A DNA stretch of 64,000 bases from a virus (IMGVR_UViG_3300045049_000270); one strand, 5' to 3'. Shown: positions 9,238-17,898, counted from the first letter of the stretch. Translations and numbers: made by a program. The notes: generated by a model from the letters alone, not told the origin.

Positions 9238-9627
9238 TCACACCGACAATGCCAATTGAACACCCAAGAGATCGTTTTCAACTATCGTTGTCACAATCAT
9301 CGAACGAGTTTTGCGGGATTGCGAGAACTCGAAGCTCAAGTCATCAACTACCTGAATGATAACTACCCAATCATCATTGTTATGAATGATAGTACGAATT
9401 AATTGTTTACCACCAAACAACGAATCATCCAAATATTCACGATATGGTATCGTTTCACCCAAAGTAGCAGCATAATTACTCTCAAAACGTGTATTCACCC
9501 CAAAAGCAGATTCATCATTGATGGGATGGCTATAATATCCCTCCAACCACTTAATCACACTTCCAATATAATCATCAACTTGTGCATCAATATTGTTGGC
9601 AAATACACGTCTAACTACACCCTTCAT
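9238..9627 (-). CDS. Paralog family A member 7
   Basis: KWLEGYY, NYAA; C-terminus NDLLGVQLALSV; most similar to member 4. Confidence 0.7.
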   Translation of the reverse strand: MKGVVRRVFANNIDAQVDDYIGSVIKWLEGYYSHPINDESAFGVNTRFESNYAATLGETIPYREYLDDSLFGGKQLIRTIIHNNDDWVVIIQVVDDLSFEFSQSRKTRSMIVTTIVENDLLGVQLALSV

Positions 9628-9718
9628 TATGGTACCTCATAACAATAAATTACCATCATTCTAACAGATTCCTCTATCATAACCATCATGAGGATGGCTT
9701 CCACTAACTGCATTCTTT

Positions 9719-9845
9719 ACGAGGAATTCATGAGGTTGGTATCGTTGGCTACGCCTTCATGGACGATGTCAAACCCAGGCAGAAGTCAAAGAATTCATGG
9801 AGGTTACCAATCAACCCCTAGATGATTACGAAACCCAGAGAACTC
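9719..9845. repeat. Bipartite non-coding repeat, tandem copies 2 and 3
   Basis: GAATTCATG(G)AGGTT-variable core-AAACCCAG(GC)AGAA(G/C)TC at 9719-9787 and 9791-9845. Confidence 0.8.
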
Positions 9846-9910
9846 AGTATATTTGTCTACACGAAACCAGCTTAAATAGTGGACTGAGCATTACTCAGAG
9901 GGAGAGATAA

Positions 9911-10264
9911 ATGGTAGCAGGACCACAATTGGACAGTTTGGTGGCTCGTAATGTGTTCGGATACGCAGTCATCATTGATACTCATACTGGAGAGCAATAC
10001 ATCATGGGGAAGGACCATGAGAAGATCGATGTACCAAAGTACAGCTCAGATGTTGAGATCGCTTATCAAGTAACCGAGCAACTTCATAAGATGGGCTGGC
10101 ACCTCAATGCCAGCAGCGTCAACCAGAACGGGATAAATGGCTTTCTGGCACTATTCTTGAAACAGGATGGGCGTGGGTATCTTCCAAGCTTCGCAGAGGA
10201 TTTGGCAGTCGCCATTTGTATGGCAGGGGTAGCGGCTTGTACAGGTCAGAACATCGCCCGTTAA
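9911..10264 (+). CDS. Phage ABA-sandwich (BC1872-like) domain protein
   Basis: LDxLVA...PKYSSDVEIAYQV...AxxLAxAICxA pattern. Confidence 0.6.
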   Translation: MVAGPQLDSLVARNVFGYAVIIDTHTGEQYIMGKDHEKIDVPKYSSDVEIAYQVTEQLHKMGWHLNASSVNQNGINGFLALFLKQDGRGYLPSFAEDLAVAICMAGVAACTGQNIAR

Positions 10265-10305
10265 TCAGATACAGAATGAGCGATGGCTAAACCATCGCTC
10301 ATTTC

Positions 10306-10758
10306 TTATTTCTGGCTGTCTTTGTCATCCCCACAACATAGACGCTCAATTATGAGATAATTCTCATACGCTTCTTTCAAAGCCGGGTAGAGTTCATGTT
10401 TCTCTAGAGAAACATCCAGAATACACATACGGCGTTTCATTGTTTCTACAAAGTCAAGCAAAGAATCGATTGATATGGACTTGCCATTGGATCCTTGTAA
10501 TGTGGTTTGGCCCTGTAATGCAGATTGCACCCATGATGTAGTTGCAACATTGGTATTGGAATAAGTTGGACTTACTAAGGCCGACCATTGTGAACCATTA
10601 TTGATGTGGGTAATTCCATTGACATTGATTGTAGTCCCTATAGCTGAACCTTGAGCTGGTGGTAATGTCGCTGTTGGTGCCGTGGGTGAGCCAGTGAAAG
10701 CACCCTGATATGTGGATCCTTGGATGTTATTTGGAAGTGGTAAATTTGTTGTTGTCAT
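10306..10758 (-). CDS. Hypothetical protein (Thr/Gly-rich N-terminus, C-terminal YPALKEAYE helix)
   Basis: 150 aa ORF; hairpin terminator at ~10276-10303. Confidence 0.65.
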   Translation of the reverse strand: MTTTNLPLPNNIQGSTYQGAFTGSPTAPTATLPPAQGSAIGTTINVNGITHINNGSQWSALVSPTYSNTNVATTSWVQSALQGQTTLQGSNGKSISIDSLLDFVETMKRRMCILDVSLEKHELYPALKEAYENYLIIERLCCGDDKDSQK

Positions 10759-10904
10759 AATTTTGTACCTTGGTTTGTGGTAGTGTTATTGTGGCATTTG
10801 TGAGTTGGTTACTCAATTTAATTAAGCCCCAGCAGTATGGGTGGCGAGTCAAACCCCAGCAGTAAGGGAGGTGGCGCCCAACTCCACTAATAACAAAAAT
10901 AATT

Positions 10905-11411
10905 ATGGAAACAAAACTTATCACAACCAGCCTCCGCAATAACTCGAGCGGAAAGCGCACCTTCTTTGTCAATCTTCGTCCTAACCTGGTTGACGAATTA
11001 AATCTCAAAAACACTCCCTATGTAGAGCTCACACGTAACGCTGATCGTTACAAGTTGAAGTTCCTATCTAAACAAACAGCCAGATCGCGCAAAATTCTAT
11101 TCAAAGAACGAAGCGCTACTGTTGGTTTTGCGCCAGAAGTTTTCAAACTTGATTGCACAGAAACCATTAGCCCATTTCCAATCGATGCTGAATACGTTGA
11201 CGGTGCTCTTGAGTTTGATTTTGATACCGAAGAATTCCTCAAGCCACGCTCGGCAATCACAGAAACAAAGAAAATCACATCTACTGAAGATAAAATCGCT
11301 GCTGGTTTCAAACCAGATACTGCTTGGGGTGTGAAAATTCAATCTGATATTGATGAACGTATTGAGAAGACGATATTCGAGTCAATGAAACGTAAATTTG
11401 GGGGTGAATAA
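10905..11411 (+). CDS. Hypothetical protein
   Basis: 168 aa; stop overlaps the next start. Confidence 0.65.
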   Translation: METKLITTSLRNNSSGKRTFFVNLRPNLVDELNLKNTPYVELTRNADRYKLKFLSKQTARSRKILFKERSATVGFAPEVFKLDCTETISPFPIDAEYVDGALEFDFDTEEFLKPRSAITETKKITSTEDKIAAGFKPDTAWGVKIQSDIDERIEKTIFESMKRKFGGE

Positions 11412-12127
11412 TGGTTACTCCAAACCAACTTAACGAAATTGGCCAACAAGCGGCATTACATGCCAAATATATGACGGATTGGCAACGTACTTTTGATTAT
11501 GGACATGTGAAGTTGTTTTCTGAGTCCCAAGGAAAACTTGTCAGTCCTCCCGATAAACTTCGCCGTCTCAATGATTTCCTTGCCGCCGCATATACACATT
11601 CGATCGCGCTATACGCAGAACATGGTGATGATTGCATTGATCAATTTGGTAATGCAATCGAGCTAAAGTTAGCTTTCGTAAAAGCACGTGATTATCGCAT
11701 TGGTAATTCTGGTCGAGCTATTGTGGCTGGTCCAAGCGCTACTAGTATTGGTAGCACGATCAATGCCAAATTTCGTGTTTATGGTGGTACGGATTCAGAT
11801 CATCATACAAAAGATACTGCTCTAGTTTTGATGAGTCTCGAGCATAATTGTTTCATCACTGGTTTTATGATGCCAGGTGAAAAAGTCAAGGAAATTGTTC
11901 ATAGTGATACCCGGAATGGTGTGCAACGTGAAATTTCCCTGTCTGCTTTCATTCGTGATGGTTATGAATTTGGTAGTTCTGTACCACATATTGGTTGGGA
12001 AAACTATTACTCGACACTCTTCGACTACCTATGTGCCAAGGAAGGCCGCATAACTGGAGATGAAGCTCAAACAGCGTTGGATAAATGGTCCAGCTTTGCT
12101 GACGAGAATAATTTGCACCGTCTCTAA
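11411..12127 (+). CDS. Hypothetical protein, possible PD-(D/E)XK nuclease
   Basis: GDDCID...IELKLA spacing resembles D-Xn-E-x-K. Confidence 0.45.
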   Translation: MVTPNQLNEIGQQAALHAKYMTDWQRTFDYGHVKLFSESQGKLVSPPDKLRRLNDFLAAAYTHSIALYAEHGDDCIDQFGNAIELKLAFVKARDYRIGNSGRAIVAGPSATSIGSTINAKFRVYGGTDSDHHTKDTALVLMSLEHNCFITGFMMPGEKVKEIVHSDTRNGVQREISLSAFIRDGYEFGSSVPHIGWENYYSTLFDYLCAKEGRITGDEAQTALDKWSSFADENNLHRL

Positions 12128-12142
12128 CCTGTGTTATAAATA

Positions 12143-12232
12143 CGGCTGTAGGTGCTCATGGTGAGGCCTACAGCTTGGCAGCCCAATGCGGTGCCACATA
12201 ACAAAACTCGCTTATTAAAGGAGCAAAACATG
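12143..12232 (+). promoter_or_regulatory. Structured 5' UTR of hsp20, ROSE-like RNA thermometer candidate
   Basis: Two upstream hairpins, then CUCGCU-UAUUAA-AGGAG pairing the SD with a bulged G. Confidence 0.6.
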
Positions 12233-12628
12233 CCTGATCTCTTCGATCAAATTTTCCGTTCAACTATCGGTTTCGATCCCCTGCGCCAATTCGTTACAAC
12301 GATTGACGTGAGTAACTATCCTCCGTACAACATCGAGAAGACGGTTGATGCTGACGTTTATGCATTGACAATGGCGGTGGCTGGTTTTTCACGTGACGAA
12401 CTCGACGTCTTCTTAGAAGACGGTGTTCTACATGTGTATGGCGATAAGAAGGCCGAAGACACTAATACGGAATTCCTGTACCGCGGATTGTCATTCCGCA
12501 ACTTCAAACGTACTTTCCAACTTGGCAAGCACATTGAAGTGACGAACGTATCTTTGAAGGACGGTCTACTCAACATTGTCCTACAGAAGAACGTTCCGGA
12601 ATCTGCACGTCGTAAGTTCGATTTCTAA
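12230..12628 (+). CDS. Small heat-shock protein Hsp20/IbpA family
   Basis: TIGFD, NYPPYNIEK, MAVAGFS, FLYRGLSFRNFKRTFQL, LKDGLLNIVL. Confidence 0.95.
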   Translation: MPDLFDQIFRSTIGFDPLRQFVTTIDVSNYPPYNIEKTVDADVYALTMAVAGFSRDELDVFLEDGVLHVYGDKKAEDTNTEFLYRGLSFRNFKRTFQLGKHIEVTNVSLKDGLLNIVLQKNVPESARRKFDF

Positions 12629-12645
12629 ACTCTCCACTGTGTGAT

Positions 12646-12674
12646 GAAAAAGGCCACTCTTTGTGGCCTTTTTC
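12646..12674 (+). terminator. Intrinsic terminator
   Basis: AAAAAGGCCAC...GTGGCCTTTTT. Confidence 0.8.
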
Positions 12675-12725
12675 TATTGCGAAATGGCAACCTAACACTT
12701 ACAATTGGCGTAGGGAGATTTACCT

Positions 12726-13301
12726 ATGACCAAACGTATTTGTTTCATTGGCAATGCGGGTAGTGGAAAAACAACGTTAGCGGCTGACGTGTTCACCGCC
12801 CTGAAAAAACAACATAAAAACGCCGAACACATTCCAGAGTGGATTCGTTTCGATATTCAAAAGAACGGCCCCATGCGTAGTATTTGGGAACAATATAGAA
12901 CTCGAAGCAAGCAGAAGGAATGGGAAGATGCAGCACCAGCAAATATTGATTATTTGGTGACTGATTCTGGCATCCTTACACCATACTTCTATGCATGTCT
13001 GTACTCAGATAAGGCTGATCCGCGTTCACGATTGGTGCTCAATGATATGCATGAGTATCTGCTGAATGATCTCTACAGCTATCGTTATACTCATGTCTTT
13101 TATCTGCCGATGGCTGAAACTTACGCCAAGAACCCGCAGATTCTCAAAGATGGTACTCGCTACCAAACAGAAGAAGAAATTCTTGCACTTGAAGCTCATT
13201 TTGATTTAGTCTTCACCAAGCATCACAAGCTTGACAATATCCACATTCTCGATTGTCCTCTAGATGATCGACAGCAAACCGTTCTCAACATTATTCAATA
13301 A
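12726..13301 (+). CDS. P-loop NTPase/kinase (NadR/Ttd14 AAA_28-like)
   Basis: GNAGSGKTT Walker A, LVTDS, DGTRYQ. Confidence 0.75.
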   Translation: MTKRICFIGNAGSGKTTLAADVFTALKKQHKNAEHIPEWIRFDIQKNGPMRSIWEQYRTRSKQKEWEDAAPANIDYLVTDSGILTPYFYACLYSDKADPRSRLVLNDMHEYLLNDLYSYRYTHVFYLPMAETYAKNPQILKDGTRYQTEEEILALEAHFDLVFTKHHKLDNIHILDCPLDDRQQTVLNIIQ

Positions 13302-13303
13302 CT

Positions 13304-13630
13304 ATGTCTTACAATATTTTTATCGACCCAGCAAAAGAACCACAACGTGATGGTCGAAAGTGGCAAACTGCTCGTTCAACCACCGCAGCCGCCGCCATTA
13401 TGAAACAGCTTGGCGCCCCCAAGGCCATTAGCATCAATTACGATCTCGGTAAAGATGAGCCATATGGTGCTGATATTGCTCGTTGGTTGGTTCAACTGGA
13501 TTTGAACCACAATATTCTGACTAATGATGTCGAATTTTTGATTCATGGTGGTAGTATTGTGGACGCCACCAATATGAAGTTGATTATCAACAACTATTTG
13601 AAATTCAAGTTCAAACCAAAAGCTGCTTGA
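13304..13630 (+). CDS. Degenerate cyclic-phosphate-processing receiver-domain-like protein
   Basis: IFID, ISINYDLG, GADIARWLV, IH resemble the family motifs LFLDD/ISFDHDLG/GYDxAKWL/HS with substitutions. Confidence 0.5.
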   Translation: MSYNIFIDPAKEPQRDGRKWQTARSTTAAAAIMKQLGAPKAISINYDLGKDEPYGADIARWLVQLDLNHNILTNDVEFLIHGGSIVDATNMKLIINNYLKFKFKPKAA

Positions 13631-13684
13631 TATAGTTGCCAATTTGTTCTAAAATGGCGATTTACTGTAGCATTTCTATACATC

Positions 13685-13978
13685 ATGTCAACCGCAACCG
13701 AAACCGTAACAAAAACACGATTCAAGCCAGTCAACTTGTACCAAGTGATTCTGCTGAATGACGACTTCACTCCGATGGATTTTGTGATTGCTGTACTAAT
13801 GCAATTGTATGGCAAGAACGAAGAAGAAGCATACACCATCTGTATGAATGTTCATAAAAATGGCAAGGGTGTGGCCGGTGTGTATACGAAGGAAATTGCA
13901 GAAACCAAGGCGGCCGAAACCATTCGCGCTGCTCGTGCAAATGGTCATCCGTTGAAGGCAATTGCACAAGAAGCATAA
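13685..13978 (+). CDS. clpS: ATP-dependent Clp protease adaptor ClpS
   Basis: YQVILLNDDFTPMDFVI, VHKNGKGVAGVY, EIAETK, HPL. Confidence 0.95.
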   Translation: MSTATETVTKTRFKPVNLYQVILLNDDFTPMDFVIAVLMQLYGKNEEEAYTICMNVHKNGKGVAGVYTKEIAETKAAETIRAARANGHPLKAIAQEA

Positions 13979-14003
13979 AGACCTAATAAAACTCGAGCCT
14001 AAA

Positions 14004-14038
14004 TAGAGCGGAATAGTTAATATTCCGCTCTTTTATTT
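14004..14038 (+). terminator. Intrinsic terminator
   Basis: AGAGCGGAATA...TATTCCGCTCTTTT. Confidence 0.75.
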
Positions 14039-14104
14039 TGCGTTATGAGTGGAAAGTGGCTATAATCATGTAAATAAACCATAATCCGGAGACACGGAAC
14101 ACTC

Positions 14105-15613
14105 ATGGCTGTAAAGAAACATCGTAATAATTGGGCGATTTTTACACCTTCGGTGAGTCAGATGTATGTTCTGGCACATGCGAAGGCTTGGCCCCGACAA
14201 CCAATTCCCTTTGATCCACTTAATTTCCTGGATTCAAAGAATGAATTCAACTACCCATTTGCACTTTATTCAGCTGGTCATGCTTATTTGGATCCAGCAA
14301 AGAGCGATGAGCGTGAACCAATGATCCAAAATCGTGATCGCGAAAATACCGTAATGGTCGGCGATTCTGGAGGATTCCAGGCAGCTACTGGCGTTCTTGA
14401 TTTTGATTGGGAGAATCCACTTGGCCAAAAGGCAATCGACAAACGTATCGAACTTATTAAGTGGCTAGAACATACGGCTGATTACAGTATGATTTTGGAT
14501 TGGCCAGCATGGGCCATTAATACTGGTCGCTTGCCAAGCCAACTAATGATTGCTGATCCAACTACTAATCCATTAGTTGAAACTAATGATCCATTCCATA
14601 ACTGCTTGAACGGGACGGTTTGGAATAACCACTTCTTTATCAAGCATCGAACACCAGGCGCAACTAAATTCTTGAATGTATTGCAAGGTCGAAGCATTGA
14701 CGAAGCATATGAATGGTACGATGCGGTAACACCATTTAGCGATACAAAGAAGTACAGTGACCGAGCATTCGAAGGTTGGGCACTTGGGGGCTCTACTGGG
14801 GGCGATCCAAGCCTCACCATGCGTTTGCTGATTAAATTGCGTGACGATGGATTGCTTGATGGTGATGATCGTTGGATTCACGTTTTGGGACGATCACGAT
14901 TGACCACCGCAGCTTATTTGACAGCTTTGAATCAAGCATTGACTGAACATGTCAATCCAAACTGTCAGATCAGCTTTGATGCTGCATCAGCATTCTTATA
15001 TGCTGTGAATGGTAATTATGTTGTAGATTGGCAAGTTAATCCGAAGGGTTTGAACTTGATCAGTAATGAATTTCCAATGCACGAAAAGTACATTGGTAGC
15101 GAAGAGCCATTTATCTACAATGGTGTAAGTGCTGAACGATTGGCTGATCCAACACATTATAAAACAACAGTTGCAAAACAATTGAAGATGGGTGATTTCA
15201 TTCTTCAATCAGACCCAGATGCCAAGAAACCGTACCGTATGGATACGGCAAGCTATTACTACATTATGGGGCATAATGTTCAAATGCAGATCAATGCGGT
15301 GCATGATGTGTGTGAAAAGATGGACCGCCCCGATGCTGTAAAGTACATTCCAACCATCTTCTTGGAATACAAAGAATTCGTTCACGAGCTTTTCACAACA
15401 GAAAAGCCAATGGAACTAATCGAGAAGGAAGGCAATAGATATCGTGATCTTATTTCTGGTGAACGTCCTGGCACCAGTGCTCTAGAAGATCATAGTATGT
15501 TCCCAAAGACGGCAACATTGCAAACAGCACCTGAACGTAAATCAAGAGCAAAAGTTGTTAAACCAGTTAAGGTTGAACCAGCAGTAGTTAACGATGGCTT
15601 GTTCAAGTTCTAA
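14105..15613 (+). CDS. tRNA-guanine transglycosylase (TGT/DpdA)-like protein
   Basis: GDSGGFQ, MILDWP, LNVLQG, GWALGG, WIHVLG, ISFDAAS motifs of the TGT TIM barrel. Confidence 0.75.
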   Translation: MAVKKHRNNWAIFTPSVSQMYVLAHAKAWPRQPIPFDPLNFLDSKNEFNYPFALYSAGHAYLDPAKSDEREPMIQNRDRENTVMVGDSGGFQAATGVLDFDWENPLGQKAIDKRIELIKWLEHTADYSMILDWPAWAINTGRLPSQLMIADPTTNPLVETNDPFHNCLNGTVWNNHFFIKHRTPGATKFLNVLQGRSIDEAYEWYDAVTPFSDTKKYSDRAFEGWALGGSTGGDPSLTMRLLIKLRDDGLLDGDDRWIHVLGRSRLTTAAYLTALNQALTEHVNPNCQISFDAASAFLYAVNGNYVVDWQVNPKGLNLISNEFPMHEKYIGSEEPFIYNGVSAERLADPTHYKTTVAKQLKMGDFILQSDPDAKKPYRMDTASYYYIMGHNVQMQINAVHDVCEKMDRPDAVKYIPTIFLEYKEFVHELFTTEKPMELIEKEGNRYRDLISGERPGTSALEDHSMFPKTATLQTAPERKSRAKVVKPVKVEPAVVNDGLFKF

Positions 15614-15615
15614 CT

Positions 15616-15891
15616 GTGTATAGATTTCACTTTACGAGTGATGACGTAGACTACGAGGGAATTCCCTCGTGGTTTGCTGAACGAAACGCTGCATTCTGCT
15701 TGATGAATAAAACGGTTGACGTGGTCAACCTTAGTGGTCTCCAATTAGTCATCACATATGACATTACTGTTTTGGGTGAAATGGTGGCTCTAGAATTCAT
15801 GTTAGCATTTCCGGTGAAGCAGCACGAATCGACAATTTTCAAATTAAGAAAAGAACGATTAGAAATTATGAAAAGAATAAAAGCTCTATGA
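15616..15891 (+). CDS. Hypothetical, DA-x-x-FKL motif family
   Basis: GEMVALEFMLAF. Confidence 0.6.
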   Translation: MYRFHFTSDDVDYEGIPSWFAERNAAFCLMNKTVDVVNLSGLQLVITYDITVLGEMVALEFMLAFPVKQHESTIFKLRKERLEIMKRIKAL

Positions 15892-16229
15892 ATAAACTCT
15901 GGTTCACTGGCGATAAGTTTGATCTTAATCAAGCCAAATCGTGGTTTGACGAACAAAACAAATATAGTGATTACACTTTTAACGTAAGTGGTCCATATTT
16001 GAATTTCGAAATAGAAGATGATCAAATTGCAGTGGCTTTCCGTCTTGCTTTTGACGCTTCTATTGGTGAAAAGCTTGATGTTGAATATGAACTTAGCAAA
16101 GTTATGGAAGCAGAGATGCTTAAAGAAATTGATGAAGAAATAATCAGAGAGATAGCTGGTTTAGCTAAACAATATTTGATTCCTAAAGTTTCGGTCATTA
16201 GTACTCCTATCGTTTATAAGAAACCATGA
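15888..16229 (+). CDS. Hypothetical, DA-x-x-FKL family domain fused to a gp23-like helix
   Basis: DDQIAVAFRLAF followed by LDVEYELSKVMEAEMLKEIDEEIIREI. Confidence 0.65.
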   Translation: MNKLWFTGDKFDLNQAKSWFDEQNKYSDYTFNVSGPYLNFEIEDDQIAVAFRLAFDASIGEKLDVEYELSKVMEAEMLKEIDEEIIREIAGLAKQYLIPKVSVISTPIVYKKP

Positions 16230-16480
16230 GTTACGTTTTAGTTCTGCGCCAATCCAAAGAAGTTGATGGATGGTTGAGTGAAAACATGGCACTTAATTGT
16301 ATTGTTGAACGCGTAGTGCATCCTAGAGAATTTAATCAATTCATCATAATTTCATCAAATACTGATGCATTTGGTGTTCAATGCAAACTCGCTTGTCTAG
16401 ATCATATAGCTAGTGCAACAGAAATTGGCGAGTTGATAGCCTATCTAAAGTGTGTAAAAATAAAGACGGCAATTAGCTGA
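16226..16480 (+). CDS. Hypothetical, DA-x-x-FKL motif family
   Basis: TDAFGVQCKLA; ATGA overlap. Confidence 0.55.
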   Translation: MSYVLVLRQSKEVDGWLSENMALNCIVERVVHPREFNQFIIISSNTDAFGVQCKLACLDHIASATEIGELIAYLKCVKIKTAIS

Positions 16481-16481
16481 T

Positions 16482-16730
16482 ATGACTCAAGAATATCCAA
16501 TAATAGTCAATATCACTGATACATACCTTTTTGGATTGAGTAATGAAGCTCAAGATTGGTGTGATGCAAATGGTATTAATTACAAAATCAGATGTAAGAC
16601 TAGTGAAATTAATACTGGTGTCGCTGCTTGGTTATCATTTAGTTTTAAAGAAGAGGATGCGGCTATGGCCGCCATGTTTAAGTTGGCTTGGTCTGACTTT
16701 CTATTTGATGAAAATTCTCTTCTTCTTTGA
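16482..16730 (+). CDS. Hypothetical, DA-x-x-FKL motif family
   Basis: DWC...FSFKEEDAAMAAMFKLAWS. Confidence 0.7.
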   Translation: MTQEYPIIVNITDTYLFGLSNEAQDWCDANGINYKIRCKTSEINTGVAAWLSFSFKEEDAAMAAMFKLAWSDFLFDENSLLL

Positions 16731-16923
16731 GTATAATTGGTTCAACGTTATCAAAGTCCACGATTGGGTGGATCTATATTTGGATCATTATTCTGCAAAT
16801 ATACGACATATATTTGACATAGGCACCCAAACCCGTAGAATAGAACTAACAATTTATGATGAGCAATATGCAATATTGACAAAGATGGCGTTTGCTGACA
16901 TAATATTGAAGATTGAAAAATGA
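16708..16923 (+). CDS. Hypothetical, DA-x-x-FKL motif family
   Basis: DWV...DEQYAILTKMAF; start moved to ATG 16708. Confidence 0.55.
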   Translation: MKILFFFEYNWFNVIKVHDWVDLYLDHYSANIRHIFDIGTQTRRIELTIYDEQYAILTKMAFADIILKIEK

Positions 16924-17060
16924 AAGAACGCATTGTCACACCAGAAGAAGCAGCAGCCAATCGCAAGCTATTGCAATGGATAGCAAAATACTCGATGGTT
17001 TTCAGTATAATTGCATTAGTTGGAATCTTCGTTTTAACAGTCATTATCTCAAAACATTAA
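16920..17060 (+). CDS. Small membrane protein (46 aa)
   Basis: Manual ORF MKERIVTPEEAAANRKLLQWIAKYSMVFSIIALVGIFVLTVIISKH. Confidence 0.55.
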   Translation: MKERIVTPEEAAANRKLLQWIAKYSMVFSIIALVGIFVLTVIISKH

Positions 17061-17067
17061 GCATAGA

Positions 17068-17292
17068 ATGCATAAAATTATATTAATCAAATATTTGCAA
17101 AATGATGCAAAGCATAATGGTGAAATTATTAACACTGCAACATCATTGTTTCCATCTGCAAAACTTCGTGGTGTGACTGTTGACCCCTCAACATTCGAAC
17201 CAGTTGGTAACATTTTTGTAGATGAAGAAGAAGCCCAAGATTTGGTGGACTACTTTAATGCAAATCAAATAGAAGCAAAGATTAAACAGTAA
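17068..17292 (+). CDS. Hypothetical protein
   Basis: 74 aa ORF in a co-directional run. Confidence 0.55.
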   Translation: MHKIILIKYLQNDAKHNGEIINTATSLFPSAKLRGVTVDPSTFEPVGNIFVDEEEAQDLVDYFNANQIEAKIKQ

Positions 17293-17322
17293 TTCAAAAT
17301 TAGCACAACGGATATTATTCAA

Positions 17323-17841
17323 ATGGATCGTAACCAACCAGTCCGCTTTTTTCGCGGATTAGAAATTGAAGCAACCAAGCATTTTCTGCAACCAACGATG
17401 ATTGCACCAGGTCAATATGACTACGAAGAGTGCAAGCAAATGACACTTGATCACAAGTGTAACCACATTTTGGTGGGGTTCATGTACGACCCTGCTGGTA
17501 ACCCGCTCGTTATGGACATTCCCCGCGCGTTTGAACTTGCAAACAAGCTGATGGATGACGGTCTGCGCGTTACACTGGAAATCCGCCCAGACCAGCTGAC
17601 GGACGAGTTCGTTGCGGCATGCCCAGAGCCTACTAGCAAGCGCGGTGAGCTGTTCGCGATCCTGATCGGTACACGTTTCCCCAACATGCCAAAAATCGGC
17701 GCTTACACGACACTGAAGCTGCACTCAGATTTTGGTAACACAGAAAATTCAGGTGTGTGGTGTGTGCAAGTGCCTGACTTCGTTGAGGCTGGCCAGTTCA
17801 CACCTTGGGAAGCATATTCTTTCGATGAGCACCTGAAGTAA
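17323..17841 (+). CDS. Conserved-looking phage hypothetical protein (FFxGxE...N-x-GVW motif)
   Basis: 172 aa, C-ending codon bias, terminator at ~17858-17884. Confidence 0.7.
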   Translation: MDRNQPVRFFRGLEIEATKHFLQPTMIAPGQYDYEECKQMTLDHKCNHILVGFMYDPAGNPLVMDIPRAFELANKLMDDGLRVTLEIRPDQLTDEFVAACPEPTSKRGELFAILIGTRFPNMPKIGAYTTLKLHSDFGNTENSGVWCVQVPDFVEAGQFTPWEAYSFDEHLK

Positions 17842-17898
17842 GACGTAGCTGAATGAACAAAGGCTCCCATTGGGAGCCTTTTCTATAAGAAGAATAAT

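Noticed and set aside
7017-9627. Diversity-generating retroelement behind the paralog diversity
   Set aside because: No reverse transcriptase and no near-identical TR/VR pair with adenine-specific differences were seen.
9142-9845. CRISPR mini-array interpretation of the repeat-variable-repeat pattern
   Set aside because: The arms are two different sequences, core lengths vary (about 25-47 bp), there are only two tandem units, and no cas genes are present.
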